DNA of 63,396 bases, counting the filler, from Octopus bimaculoides (lineage: Eukaryota): the NCBI RefSeq assembly GCF_001194135.2. It is 4 parts of 4 records of this genome, joined end to end, with 100 filler letters (N's around TTAATTAATTAA, not from the genome) between each part and the next. Parts side by side here need not be neighbours in the genome. Positions count along the whole stretch, not along the records: positions 1 to 31,663 come from NC_068988.1; 3 more parts are not named here. One strand, written 5' to 3'. Positions 1 to 14,471 of the stretch are shown here, piece after piece (position 1 is the first letter of the stretch; every line of letters begins with the position of its first letter). The translations under genes and the position numbers were made by a program. The notes beneath the pieces were generated by a model. The model was not told where the DNA came from. It saw only the letters and a list, made by a program, of their open reading frames with translations, and did not search any database.

Positions 1-33
<33 letters not shown>

Positions 34-416
34 ATATATATATATATACGCTGGGCAAAAATGATTTGTGGTATTTCCTCCATCTTTACGTTCTAAGTTC
101 AAATTCCGTCGAGGTTGAGTTTTTCTTTCATGCTTTGGGGTTCGATAAAATAAGTACTAGTCAAGCACTGGGATCAATATAATCAACTAACCCTCCATCT
201 TGAAAAATGTCAGACCTTGTGGAACTAGAATATACATTAAAGGTAAACTAAATATACGATCGTATCCTAATTAGTTCTAACGTAACGGAAGTAAATATAT
301 AAGTAACTGAAAGCTAATGACGCAATACATTGACCTTTGCGTAATAATTTGTCTGAATGTTTTAATTGAGAAATCATATTGAAAATATTTAATTGTCTAA
401 ACTTAAAAATACTTAC

Positions 417-515
417 CTTTATGGTTGTAGCCGGTTGTGGAATCGAAGTCGGCAGCACCGTTGACGGGTGTTCATATTTAATTAAGGGGAGTGATTGATT
501 CTTAAATACGACACC
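417..515 (-). CDS. MOXD1: MOXD1-like exon 12 (Pro/Thr-rich tail)
   Basis: tgtcttcatag|GGT, GVVFKNQSLPLIKYEHPSTVLPTSIPQPATTIK, AAG|gtaagt; 99 nt; open donor implies a further exon left of base 1. Confidence 0.78.
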
Positions 516-3500
516 CTATGAAGACAGAATATATCGATCATTAAGTTCTGGACGTCAATCCGTTCGAGCAATTTTTTTAAAATTATCGTCGTATATTTTA
601 AGACATTGCACACCGAACGAAAGTTAATTTTACATAATTTAGTAAAGAATTATATTATAGTAACGTTTCTACTGTAACTGAAAATATATTTTGATGAGAA
701 GAAATATACAAGGCTTATTAATAGAATCGAAGACAAAACCCTACTCAATACCTTGAAGAGAAATCAAAAATGGTCTATAACATAAATAAAGTGCAATTCA
801 TGGACTTTATTTGTGGGTTTATTTTGGTTAGTATATAGTGAGGTAAGTCAAACATCGCATTATAACTCTGCTTGATCCAGTTTAGATTTTTAACTATATT
901 CATTTGAGTTCAAATTCTGTCAACAACAGCTTTGTCTTTTATGAACATCAGCTTTTATCATTTATGAAGCAACTCTTTTTCTGTTACAAGCGTCATCCTA
1001 TTCCCCTAAAACATTCCATACAGAAACCTTTGCTGTATTTCCGTCTGAATGTATTTTGATAAATTCATAGTAAACTAATTTAGATATTTTTTTCATAGGA
1101 AGATAAAAATATAAGTTTGGAGAGGAAACATAATGTTGTTAAGTAGCTTAGTGAAGTTTACGCAGTTGATTTGATTTGGAACTATGGATCTTAAAGCAGA
1201 GGCGAATGCAACAGAGCCTTAGTAAAATTCTAGTGAGTCGAAAATAGAGCGTGTTTCAAATTAATAATTGAAGTAATTTCATGTATGACGGAAACGCCCT
1301 TGAGTAAATGCATGAAGACATCACACCTCTATTTCTCTCTGTCAGAGATGTCAGTTATTTGTTTAAATATTACTTTAGATGAGCAAATGAGATTTGGTGA
1401 TGTTTACATTACATTAGAAACGCAAGTTTCTTCAAATGAAGTAAAATGGCTTCAACTGCAGTAAAATATGCCATGTGCTTAAATCTCTTCTATACCATTT
1501 ACTACTAAATATATAATGTATGGTTCAGACAATTTCATGGTTCGTATTCTGTTAGTAGGATCTTAATTCTCAGTATCATCGTCTAGTGATAGAGAAGTTC
1601 GCCTCACACTCGTGTGGTTCCAGGTTCAGCTCTGTTGCACGGCACATTGTGTATGTATCTTCTAAAGTAGCTTGGGGTTGATCTAAACTCGTGAGTGAAA
1701 CTTCAAAACGCGTAGTTTTATACATATATTTGGGTGGTCGACTTACTTTAACATTGCTACCTTCCATTGAGTAATTTTAGCAGAGCCCACTCTGTTGAAA
1801 CCAACTGAACCAATTCTCCAACTTAATGATGACAACCCGTTATCTTGGTATACAGTTTCCTACGGTAGCAATACCCGAGTCTTGCTTTCTTTCATTCATA
1901 TTTTCTTATAAACACTATTAGAGGTACCGTGAAAGTTATGGTACTAGCCTTCGTCGCTTGACTAAGCCAAAATAACGCCACTAAACTGTTAAATGCCAAA
2001 GTAGGAAATAGGTTCCTACTGCGTAAAGCAGTAGGCAGTAGAACTTAAAATTGACCAGTGTATATTTACAAATGTTAATTTTCACGTCAACCCTAACCAA
2101 AGTTCAAGATATGATTGTGATCAGCGAGGCACATTAAATGACGAATTAAAACAAAAAGGGGGAAAAAGTACAACTTACACCAGTCCTATTGTTACAAATC
2201 TGCGAAAAACCGACTTTAGGTTCCAAACCGTTGACTATTAATTCCACTCTTTTAATGGCATCTGGGTTATTTTTATAATGCAGTGGGTCCATGCTGAAAC
2301 ATAATGACATCTAATTTTTGCGTTTCCATATACACCAATCACTATCAGTTCAATATACAAAAGTAAAATATTTTAGCATTTACAATTTAGTTGATACTTC
2401 AAGTTTCACGGTTTCGTTTGCACTGTTGTGCCTATGTTGTTGTAACAGACAAACTATGTTACGAAGTAGATCAATTGCATTGGTATTTAAATAGAAAGCA
2501 AGCGTATGATAAGCATAAAAGACAGAAAAATACGCCGACTTGGCCAGAGACCTGAGGGACGCTGGATTCAAAACCAAAGTCTCCGTAGTCGAGGTTGGCG
2601 TCAGGGGATTTGTAGGCTCATCTGCCTACAGCCTCATGAAACCAGCTGTCCGTCTCTGGAAGAAGCAGAACTAGAACCTTGAGGACCATGGGAGAAGCGG
2701 CGGAGAAGTTGGATCTGGTCTAGGAGGAACAAAGGCCAACTTCATAAGGCTTAATTTTCCCCAATTCAAGCGAATACCAGATTGGCATAGTCGTGTAGGC
2801 CTGCGCCTCTGGAGCCGGCGACCCGGGCTCGAATCCTGCTTGGACCGTGAAAAAAAAAAAGGAACCCTCACACCTGGGTCATCCGAGCGCTCGCTAGTGT
2901 ACCTTGAGCAGCAAGAATCAGTTTTTTCGTTTCCTTCTTTAAAAAACCCAGCCTTAACCATCTCCAGGATTCTTCATCAGCTTCATCCACTGTTTATTGA
3001 AAAAAATCCCCGTGTCGGACTTTCTCTTTCCAGTTGATAATATTGTTTGTTAGTCCTCATACTGTACTCATAGAAGGTCTCTCCATTGTGTGATCACCTC
3101 ATTCAGTGTAGCTTGCATCATTCTTTCATCGCTATTCTTCAGATAGACATACAAGAGCTCGAGTATTGGCTCTGTAGATAGCTGTTTCTATTTCTTTTAT
3201 TGAGTAGTTGTGGTATCTATGGTTGGTTGGTTTGAAAGCGTTCGGTACTTTGGATTAAGAGATTTTCACCACCTTTTTTCATTTCATTTAGGCTAAAAGG
3301 TTCGTTAAACCACATGCGGTTCCTTTCTTACTCTTTTCTTTTCATTCGTTACTAGATCGTATGGCTTTGGGAATGTATTCTAATTGCTTTTGAGCCCATC
3401 GACGAAGCAGCACCATTCTTTAGTGGTACTGCTTCGTTCTATAAAAATGTGGAAGTACTGAGGATTTTGTTATTTAGTAGATGGAGCGGACTGTAGATAG

Positions 3501-5042
3501 CAAAATGGGACAATAAAAAGACTCACTTTCGCCTCTGCTGGCACAAAAAACAGCTTAATTAGCTTTCACCGAGACTCACTCAGCACATACAGAAAAGCAG
3601 CCCAATTAGTTTTCAACGAGACTCAAACTGAACACAACCCTGGTGATTTCGTTCTTTCAGTGTGGGTGTGAGAGCTAGACTTTTACAGCTGAGATGAAGC
3701 AAAAAATTCAAGCATTTGAGCACAAATGCTTCAGAAGTCTGCTACTCGTACGCTGACCACAAAACGAACAGTTTTGAGAGGCAGCAAATCAACTAATGCG
3801 CTGGCAGACGGACCAATCCTTGCCAGGTAAAAAATCGAAAGTTTGCGTGCTACGTTCATGTATTGTGCCATAATTTCCTGTCCAAAGTCATCCTTCAGAG
3901 TACAGTTGAGGGAAAACGACCGAGAAGTAGACAGAAAAACATCTTAGTTTGACAACATCAAGGAATCGACAGGTCATAATACCGTGACCCTGCTACGCAT
4001 GACAGATAACAGAGACCAGTGGCGACGGCTGATTGCAAAAGCGTCTAGATCATCAGCCCAGCGACTGGTTGCATCAGTTAAGAGAACTTGATTATGTTGA
4101 TGAGATGAAGTGAAGACGACCAACGACAACATAGTGCAAATAATGTATTAAATTAAAAAGTCAACGAGTACCACAAGGTATAATGTAAAAAAAAACATCA
4201 CAAAATACAATTGATCACCAACGAATGGATATAATAACCATAGACAAACGAGCATTCCGATGTATATGAAACGAATATGAAGACCAGAAGAGGAACAGTT
4301 CTTACTAGGAGATCGTAGTTTAGTGAAATCTGAGCCACTCACACGCACACATACACATGCACGCGCATAAATCCACAGGTATACACAAATAGACATATAT
4401 ACATGAAGATTTATAGATCAATAGCAGATAGATGGAGAAGTAAATATGCAGATAGATAACTACGTATATGTGCGTGCTTGTATGTATATATGTGTGCGTG
4501 TGTTTATGTATATAAGTATAATTATATATGAATGTGTGTGTGTATGAAGATGAATCGAAATAAACAGAAATACATACAGGCATACAGACTGATAAATGAA
4601 TATATTTAGAGATACCTGATTAGTTTTATGTTATACACTGGTTCACTGAAACAATCTTTTAATTCTATTCGCGGATAAATCGTAATGAAAGCTAGACACA
4701 TCTCGTCCTCAGTGCTAAGACCACCCTGTAAAGATAATAAAAGATATATCAAATAATTATTCAAGATATGCAAATTACTATGAAATTTGAGGTCATCAAT
4801 GGTTGACTTTTTGTTGGCGGCTCTTGAATACATTTGAACTCAGAACATAAGACAGATGAAACGCCGCTAAGTATTTTGTCCGGTGTGCTAAGGATTCTGC
4901 CGACTCGCTGCCTTAATATCAAGTAAATACATATATTTTAATTAAAATTAATGTGCTGACGAATTTTTCTTAATGAATTAAATTGTGGAACGAGTTAGGT
5001 ACCTTACAAAAGACTTCATTATACACATACGCGCGCACGCGC

Positions 5043-5110
<68 letters not shown>

Positions 5111-5540
5111 NNNNNNNNNNNNNNNNNNNNNNNNNNNNNNNNNNNNNNNNNNNNNNNNNNNNNNNNNNNNNNNNNNNNNNNNNNNNNNNNNNNNNNNNNN
5201 NNNNNNNNNNNNNNNNNNNNNNNNNNNNNNNNNNNNNNNNNNNNNNNNNNNNNNNNNNNNNNNNNNNNNNNNNNNNNNNNNNNNNNNNNNNNNNNNNNNN
5301 NNNNNNNNNNNNNNNNNNNNNNNNNNNNNNNNNNNNNNNNNNNNNNNNNNNNNNNNNNNNNNNNNNNNNNNNNNNNNNNNNNNNNNNNNNNNNNNNNNNT
5401 AACTAAGTCTGATTTTCACGTTTTATTATTTACAATTTTTAGAACTTTTACAATATTGAAATAAACTAGTACTTTCATGCCACATTCATGTCTCAACCAT
5501 CAGGTTTATGTAGTGACAGTCGTTTCCATAATTGACAACT

Positions 5541-5595
<55 letters not shown>

Positions 5596-8260
5596 ACAGT
5601 CCTAAATTAAAAATTTCATATCTTTCAAGTAGCTACCCAAGGATTCCTGATCGAAATAATAATTTATTCCCCCATGTATCAGGCTGAAAGCAAGACCGTT
5701 TGTCAATTGATTCTTTTTGAGTAGATAACGTTTAAACAAAAGACACTTGTAAAGAAGAGGACAAAAAGGAAAAACCACAAGGAAGATAACCCATGGTACA
5801 ATAATTCGATGTCAAGCAGACGTAAACCAGATGTTAGTTTACTAAGTGTTCGGTGGCCTACTTTTAAATTCCAACAAGATGTATTTTTTAAATGTAGACA
5901 TAAAGGAAAAAAATCTCCGTCTCCGAACTTATGTATTAGCTGGAGGTTCTCAAGTGTTTTAATAGATATAGTTTTTCAAACGAACACACTTAACATTTTC
6001 TTGACCTGTTAATACAGAGTCTGTATTTAGAGAGGATTCTCCATCTGATATCGAAATTGGTCCCTTCGTCTTTCAGTTCCAGGTTAAATACGAAAGGATT
6101 GTTGAATGCCTCTTATCACGGTACCTAAAATTCGAAAGATGGTTGTTATATCTAGATTAAAATTTTCCTTCCATGGTTCCGGTATAACGCTTGATATTTG
6201 TGTGACCATTGTCATAGTTTGCTGAAACCAGTGCTTCATAAACAACGGAAAATATATCGCACTCCCATCCTAGAGCACATTTAGATTTGTCTCTACATGT
6301 GCATCCGGGGCGGGCTTGAGTCGTTCGCTGCTTATTGATATACGACTTAACAATCGGAGTACAAGAAAACGTAACTGCTATTGTGTGTCTGTTAAAGATT
6401 TTATTGTATCTATGGATTCTAGGGAAGTGGGTATTGACTAAGTGCAAGAATCTTCTACCTATACCTGTTCTAATATTAAGGGAGAAGGGAGAAGGGGAAA
6501 AACATAAAAACCTTTCCGAGACCTTTTTTTACGGATAGATGATAGAAGAGGTAGTGAGTTTGTAGAAGATTTTATCAGTATAGCCACTATCCTGTAGGGC
6601 TTTATTATAATATGGAGAGCCTTTTCGAATATTTCTTAAGAAGAAGAAAGGCATGTAATCCTTCGACTAATATTTGGAATTAAGGTTTTAAATACAACAG
6701 GTGTGTTACAGCAGTGTTTATTAATATATTTAAGGCTCCCGTTAGGTTTGTGGAAAGGGTTATATGGATTAGTTTTAAGATCTAAGGAAACATGCAAAAA
6801 GTCAGTTTTAGTTAAATTGGTATCGATGGCTATTTTAGGTCCTAAAGAGCTGAAAGTAAAGATTATTGGGTTGGTGCATAATTATTGCGGCTTTTTTTTC
6901 AACAAATTTTATTCAACAAAAACAATAACAACATGTAGCAAAAACATCTTTAAATGATTATTCCGGAGCATATTCACCATCTACTTCAATTACTGCTTCC
7001 CATTTGCTTGGCAGACCGTCAGACCGTCATTTTTGCTATCTGGGTGTGTGTGACGTTATACATCTCTTAGCAAACAGACAAATGCATAATAGTTCTTCTG
7101 ATAGTTCGTTCTATCAATTGTGAAAGAACTGAGTGCAGTGGGTTAAGTAAATAGTGTGAAAGACGATTTGGCAACCCAGCTTTATGAAAATTTTATGTAG
7201 TCAACCACTATGCACTGAAAACAAGATAAATTCAATAGAAAGAGGAGAAAAAGGGACAAAAGTGTGATCTACTAATACATGATCAGTCTAGTCTTCTGTG
7301 TTGCATTCTGAAAAGTGTACACGTGAAAGGCTACCTTTCTCCATAAAGATACCATGACTGTGGAAGTCGACAAATCCTGACTTAAAGTCAAACACCTCAT
7401 ATATGATAGCGGGATTAACAACAGTTACTATCAAAAGCTACTTCAGCGACACCAACTGATAATGATGGTTATTGATAGTCTTGCTCAAGAACTTAAAATC
7501 GTTCCAATTATGGTCTCTTCACTATTTATTCAGATGTCACATATTTAATGTTACATTATCTTCTGTTTCTATATTCAAAAGCATATAAAATTTGAGAGAC
7601 ATATGGTTGCAATTTCTTCCAGGTCGAGGAATCATCCAAATGATTATTATGTTATAATACAATATTTTCGGGACAACATCAACATAGTTGGATAAAAAGA
7701 ATCAAACATGGTTAGATCGTTTAATCTAACGTTATTGCATGTGCTTTTATGGATACACTCGACTGGCTAAAAATAGCATCTCAGAGTCACACTCTATAGT
7801 CTTACAAACAGAAGAATACAATGGATATTGTAGACCTGGAATCAGTGTATCTGAAAACTTCAAACCTTGCCGTTTTGAAAAATAAATGACACATATATGT
7901 TATATCTGAAAAAAAAGGCAAACATATCACGGCTGGAGTATTTCTAATCATACGTAAGCGAATCAAAAATAAAAGGAACAACAACAACAACAAATTTTAC
8001 ACTGGGTCGCACTAACAGGACGGAGTCTCTACATGATATTAGAAATGTAACGAATAACAGTGGAATTATCCTCAAATCACAATCCAAGATCATGAAAAAG
8101 GAAGAACACTTTAAGGATTAAAGATGGATTAAGGTTGGTTTAAGGCTGTCAAACTTGATATGGGATAAACAACAACAGCACTGAGAGATGTACTTATTAA
8201 AGTCCTTAGGCTCATGCGATATAACGTGTGTGTTTGTGTATGTATGTATGTGTGTGTATG

Positions 8261-8335
<75 letters not shown>

Positions 8336-9740
8336 GTACAAATAGATGTTTCATTTACGGTGTCTCAGTATCATAAATTAATTCCCTATAGATTCTTCTT
8401 TTTTAATTATGAAATCAAGTTTAGATGAAATAACTACAAAGATAGTCAGCGAAAAGCGATATCAGACGTTTGAAGCAGTAATGTGAGGCAGAAAAGGAAT
8501 AAGTTCATTAGTAATTTTTTAAAAATTAATACTTTCCAACGAAATATTACTTACATATGTAATATTGGTTCTTTGTGTGGTATCATAAATACATTCAACT
8601 TCTAGGCGGTCATCCTGTAAAGAAAAAAGAATAATAATAACTCCGGGAAGTATACTGAGAAAATTGAGGCCTGTCTATGACTTAACCAAAAAACAGGATG
8701 AAAATAAATCTTCAGCTTTCTGTGGATTACCTCAAACAGGATACAAAAAGTGAGAAAGGCCTGGATTCTTTGATCCAAACAGTAAGATTTGGAATGTAGT
8801 TTAGAGTAAATTATGAAGACAGCTCGGAAGATAAACTTTGATGGCATGAAATTACCACAAGACGACATCATTAATTTGTTGTGGAATAATGAAGGATACA
8901 AATACAAAACAATAGGTAATGGAAGGAGAAAGGAGAAAGAAAATCATTAGAGAATACATCAAGAGAATTAAGAAGGTATTCGAAGCAAAATTAAATGGAG
9001 AGAATATTATTAAAGTATCCACTGTTAACGGTAAAAGAAATAGAAAATATCGATCTTATTCTGTTTAATGTTCATAGTAATCTCAATTGTGACTCAGGGA
9101 CTTTTAATACTTCCCCCCTCTCACCTCTTTTCTCCACTATTTAAAAAAAAAGAAAAGTCGCTCGTTTATATAGTTCCTAGATGGTTTTAAATGACCATGT
9201 AGTTTTATCCCAATTTTGCGGTGCATTGATAAGCTCCAACTTAAAGCGAAATAAATTTATCTGCATCTACTTGCAGCTACTAGGACAACCAAAACATAAA
9301 ATAATAAGAATGACTTATATAGAAATATTTACTCGCATAATAAAATATTTATATAAAAATACCCCCCCCCCTCTCTCTCTCTCTCTCAGCGATTCTCTCC
9401 GCTTGAGGGAGATTCCTCCCCCACTTTTATTTCTTAGCAAATCCTATTTCTCTCTGCTTCTTAAGCTGAAAACAATCGTAGATGGCGGCAGCGGTAGCAA
9501 CGGCAGTCATCATAGTTATGTCAGTATTGAAATACTCTGCTCTCTTTCTGAAATGGATAATGGCCGAGCTACAGAACTTCTTTTATAACAGTGCCAACAT
9601 CTAACAGGACTTAAATGCATGCGTACCATTTGTGGCAATGTGGTCGAGGATTTGCTGTGGACGTGGTTCGTGTCTTTGAACTTAGTACACACGCACAGCT
9701 GCACGCACAGCTGCACGCACAGCTGCACGCACAGCTGCAA

Positions 9741-9773
<33 letters not shown>

Positions 9774-11924
9774 GACATATGTATCACTTTTTAGATCACC
9801 CTAAAAATGTGATTAAATCAAAAATAAATAATATTTCCATCCGCATTTCCATGCTTTCAGCAAATGAGTGAGACATTAGCCAAAATACTGCAAACAAAAA
9901 TGGAATGAAAGCACAAAGAGGACATTGAGGATTTTAATTTTGTCTGGGATTAGACAAATGTGTCTCTTGGTTGTAGACAATCCAAATTATTTGGATGCAT
10001 TGTGGCATATTTTACGCCATGCAATGACTTTCCCAAGATGTCAAATTAAGCTGTAGAGATTTTAGTGATTGTTTCAACTTATCCTGATACCTAACACCTT
10101 TTTCTGTGATATCACTCTAATTTTTGGCTACACAGAAGAATTTTTGGAATGCGGTCAGTTTTCATTCGAGCAATATGTTCTATCCATCTGCACTGAATTC
10201 TCATCAGCATGGTTTGGATACTGGAGACATCACATTTTTCTGAGGTTTTGATAGTGTATCTTATCTTGCCATTTTATGTTGCATATGTTGCGCAAACAGC
10301 ATATGTCAAAGATTTCAAGTTTCTTTATATGTTTAAGGTAGAAAGTCCTTGCTTCTACCCCATACAAAGTGTGCTCAAAATACGAGATTTGTATACACTT
10401 ATTTTAGATTTCAGACTGACACTGTGTTCATCCCACAAATGATGGGAAAGTTTTCCAAAAACCCTTGTGGCTTCAGATATTCTAGCATTGATTTCATCAT
10501 CAAAACTACTCTTAAACTTTACTGTACTTCTAAGATATTTAAATGACCTGACACATTTGAGTAACTTGTCTATCATAAGGTTTGAATCTTCAGTATGTCC
10601 TGCCCCAGGCCTTGGTTAGAATAAAACTTTAAGCTTCTTGATGCTGATAGTCAGTCCAAATGCATGAGCTGCTGCAGTAAACTTGTCGATCGTTTCCTGA
10701 ATTCTCTAAAATGTGTGAGAAACTAAAGCACAATCATCGGCAAACAGAAAGTTACGCAGGTTCTCTTCTTTGGTATTTTTCTTCGATTTGAAACTTTACC
10801 CTTTCAGGTTTAATAGATCTCCTGTGCGAAACTGGAATAGTCTCTGAAAGCATGTTGGAGCATCATTGAAAAGAATATGAAAAAAGTACAGGGGGCTAAA
10901 ATACATCCTTGTTTGGTCCAGAATATACCTCTGACTACTCTCACTGTTGCTATCATTCCTTTATGTAGAGATACTATTACCCTTATCGTTTTATCCGGAA
11001 GTGCAAATTTTGACAAAATTTTCCAGAGCTTCTCACGATTAACTTTATCAAAGACCTTCTCAAGTCGACTAAGTCCATGTACAAGTCAGTATTTTGTCCA
11101 CATTCTTTCTCTTGCACTTGTCGAAGGGCAAATATCATGTCAAATGTGTCTCTCCCAGCCCGATATCCACATTAGGATTCAGGATATATGCTTTTTATTA
11201 CATGTTTATTGGTGCGGTTAAGAATCGCCCATTTTTCCAGCTATGCACAAGCTACTCGCTTTGATTATCACATACACTCTTCTTCTCCTTGTTTTCGTAT
11301 AAGCGCGTTGTAGATGAATCTTTGAACTGTTGAGAAACATCGCATATAAACGGTCTTCTGTTCGTGCACTTCGCTTGGTTATAATGTCAAATATGTAAAA
11401 TGCAACATTAGCTATCATAAAACTTAAATGATTAATGTAAAATAACTATTATCCTAATTAATTTGCTTGCGATACCAATTTTATTATCGTGCCCTTATGT
11501 CCTTCCCAAGTACCTCATTTGTTCGTAACAATTTATCATTGGCTTCTCCATTTTTGTTAACAATATAATTATCCAATATCTATTTGTCTGGTGCTCGAAT
11601 ACCTAAAACCGTGGTCCCGTAACTGTCAGTAATGCTATAACTATAATTGGTCTGCCAAATCCATTAGATGAATTACCTTGACGTATATAGTTTGTAACGT
11701 GTTGCTATTGTTATATTTCTGACATATCGTTATTAAGAATATAACCATTAGCATAATTGTATGTTACATGTGAATTCACTTAATATTTCAAAATCTGGGA
11801 CTGATAACCTGTCCATCATCCTATTTACCCCTGGTTTATTAATACTTTATACCATCCTAATAAAGTACCAAAAAATTATAGATATTCATGCAGTTTGTTT
11901 TGATAGGTTACGTTGCATATGTAG

Positions 11925-11969
<45 letters not shown>

Positions 11970-11970
11970 G

Positions 11971-12010
<40 letters not shown>

Positions 12011-12351
12011 CGCGCGCGCAAATATNNNNNNNNNNNNNNNNNNNNNNNNNNNNNNNNCGCAAACACCTAAAGCTCCACGAGGCTCCGACAGGGGATGGTG
12101 GCGAATCCTGCTGTACTCTTTCACCACAACTTTCTCTCACTCTTACTTCCTGTTTCTATTGTGCCTGTAATTCAAAGGGCCAGCCTTGTCACACTGTGTC
12201 ACGCTGAATATCCCCGAGAACTGCGTTAAGGATACACGTGTCTGTGGAGTGCTCAGCCACTTGCACGTTAATTTCACGAGCAGGCTGTTCCGTTGATCGG
12301 ATCAACTGGAACCCTCGACGTCGTAAGCGACGGATTGCCAACAAGAACAAC

Positions 12352-12389
<38 letters not shown>

Positions 12390-13944
12390 CGCGCGCGCAA
12401 ATATATGTATATATGTATATATGTATACATGTATGCATGTATAGGAATTGCTTTTTAGCCTTTAAACTTAATAGGAAATCTATTTATGTTGATAACATCT
12501 TTAGAAACTCTGTACGTGTACGTTTGTGTGGATAAATATGTGAGGGTGTATTATATGCTGTATGTGTGTACCTGTGAGATTATTTGAGAAAGCAGTCCTG
12601 TGATGACTGCATGGATACGCGTGTATGTATGTGTAAATATTCGTGGGTGTCAATCGTAAAGATGAATATATCCGTGCTTCGAAACCACCTGACAGAAATT
12701 TTGGCGACTTCCTGCGTCATGTTCACTTAGAGCATGCGTAATTGTGGCCGATATGTCCAGTAAAAGCCTTTTAGCTTTGAGTTTTGCCTTTGTAGTTTGA
12801 TTGTAAACATACTTAAACCCCCTCTTAACTTCTCACTCTTTCTTTTCCATATTTACTTTAGTATGCAGTAAAAAGAATTATCTTACTCTTTATGTTTTTA
12901 TGTTTCCGTTTTCTCTTATATATTTTTATGTATTATGGTGCTCTTTATCAAATTTTGATAAAGAAATAGATTACTAATTATCTTATTTTACTGTATGTCA
13001 TCTTTCTTCTTTGTATTCATCTCCTTTCTTTCGTTTTTCATATGTTCTAAATATGACCAATCTTGTATCTATAAATGTGTGGTCTTAACAAATATATTTC
13101 AAATCTATTTCCACATAATGAGACAAAATAGCTTCATTTAGAAGGGTTAAATTTTTATTGTTTATGAAATGTTACAGCACAAATATATATGAGGCTCTGT
13201 ACGCATATTCATATATCGCTGATAAAGCTAAATACAGATTACGAAACAGCTGTCAACAAACGGAATAAATATTTCATCTCTCATCATACAGATCTATCAA
13301 CACTGTTGTTGACCAATCAGAAAGTAAATTATCCAGTTTAGTGTTTAAACTCACTGCAGTCACTAGATTTACCTCTTCGTAAGCTTGACTTGAAACTTGG
13401 AGCACCTATAATGTTTCTAAGAAATTTAGATCCTCCAAGATTGTGCATTGGAGTAAGATATATTGTGAAGAAAATGATGCCACATGTTATAGAAGCTACT
13501 GTACTATCTGAATATAGAGCAGACGATAATGTATTCATTATTAGAATTCCATCAATACCTACAGATTTACCACAATTTAAAGAGGACAGCTTCCAGTTAG
13601 ACTAAGTTTTGCAATGGCCATCAATAAATTACAAGGACAGATACTATCAGTAACTGGTTTGCAATTTGAGTAAATAAAATGCTAGAAGTTCAAAAACTTA
13701 TTTTCATTTATGCTCCACTGGGAAAAAATCATAACGTTTTATATGAAGAAGTTTTATCATAGCTTGCTTTTCTGAGTTTCCTATTTCAAGTATATTATTG
13801 TTGTTGATCTCACAAAATTTGTAATGTTAGTGATGTTAGAATCACTAATTACAATAATTATTAAGAAAAAAACTCGTATATAAATGAATGAAGTTTCCTT
13901 ATTATCTTTAATCCGGGCAACGCCGGGTACTTCTGCTAGTGTGT

Positions 13945-14001
<57 letters not shown>

Positions 14002-14416
14002 NNNNNNNNNNNNNNNNNNNNNNNNNNNNNNNNNNNNNNNNNNNNNNNNNNNNNNNNNNNNNNNNNNNNNNNNNNNNNNNNNNNNNNNNNNNNNNNNNNN
14101 NNNNNNNNNNNNNNNAAATACGTAAACAACGAGAAAAATATGGAAAACAGGATAAATTAACACAGAGAAAGGACCCTTCATCAGTTGTCAGCTGTCTATC
14201 TACTCATGTCGTGCATTCAACGACAATATAAGTCTTCAAAGACAGTTGCTCCCATAAATTCTAAAATAAAATTTAGGATTTATGGAGGGTCAAAGCTGGA
14301 AACAAAAAATGACAGTGGCGACATGCAAGGAAGCCGAGCGAAAACAAACGTGGAGGGTCGTTAGAGAGAAAAATAGTAAACGCTGGGAGAAACGTATTTT
14401 GAAAAGAGAAAAGATA

Positions 14417-14471
<55 letters not shown>

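Noticed and set aside
1576-1767. 63-aa ORF as a monooxygenase exon
   Set aside because: Its 3' part is a SINE-A head remnant; exon 11 splices in phase to exon 12 without it.
4606-4615. In-frame TAA ending the protein at IRYL
   Set aside because: The phase-2 donor joins two well-formed downstream exons, including the Cys expected to pair with DAC; a short isoform is not excluded.
7806-7851. AG/GT-bounded segment TLIPGLQYPLYSSV resembling exon 4
   Set aside because: About 46 nt between phase-0 exons would frameshift; similarity is only TLIP.
9481-9604. MAAAVATAVIIV... 40-codon ORF after a CT tract
   Set aside because: Short, no family signal, lies inside intron 8 on the opposite strand; unsupported without expression data.
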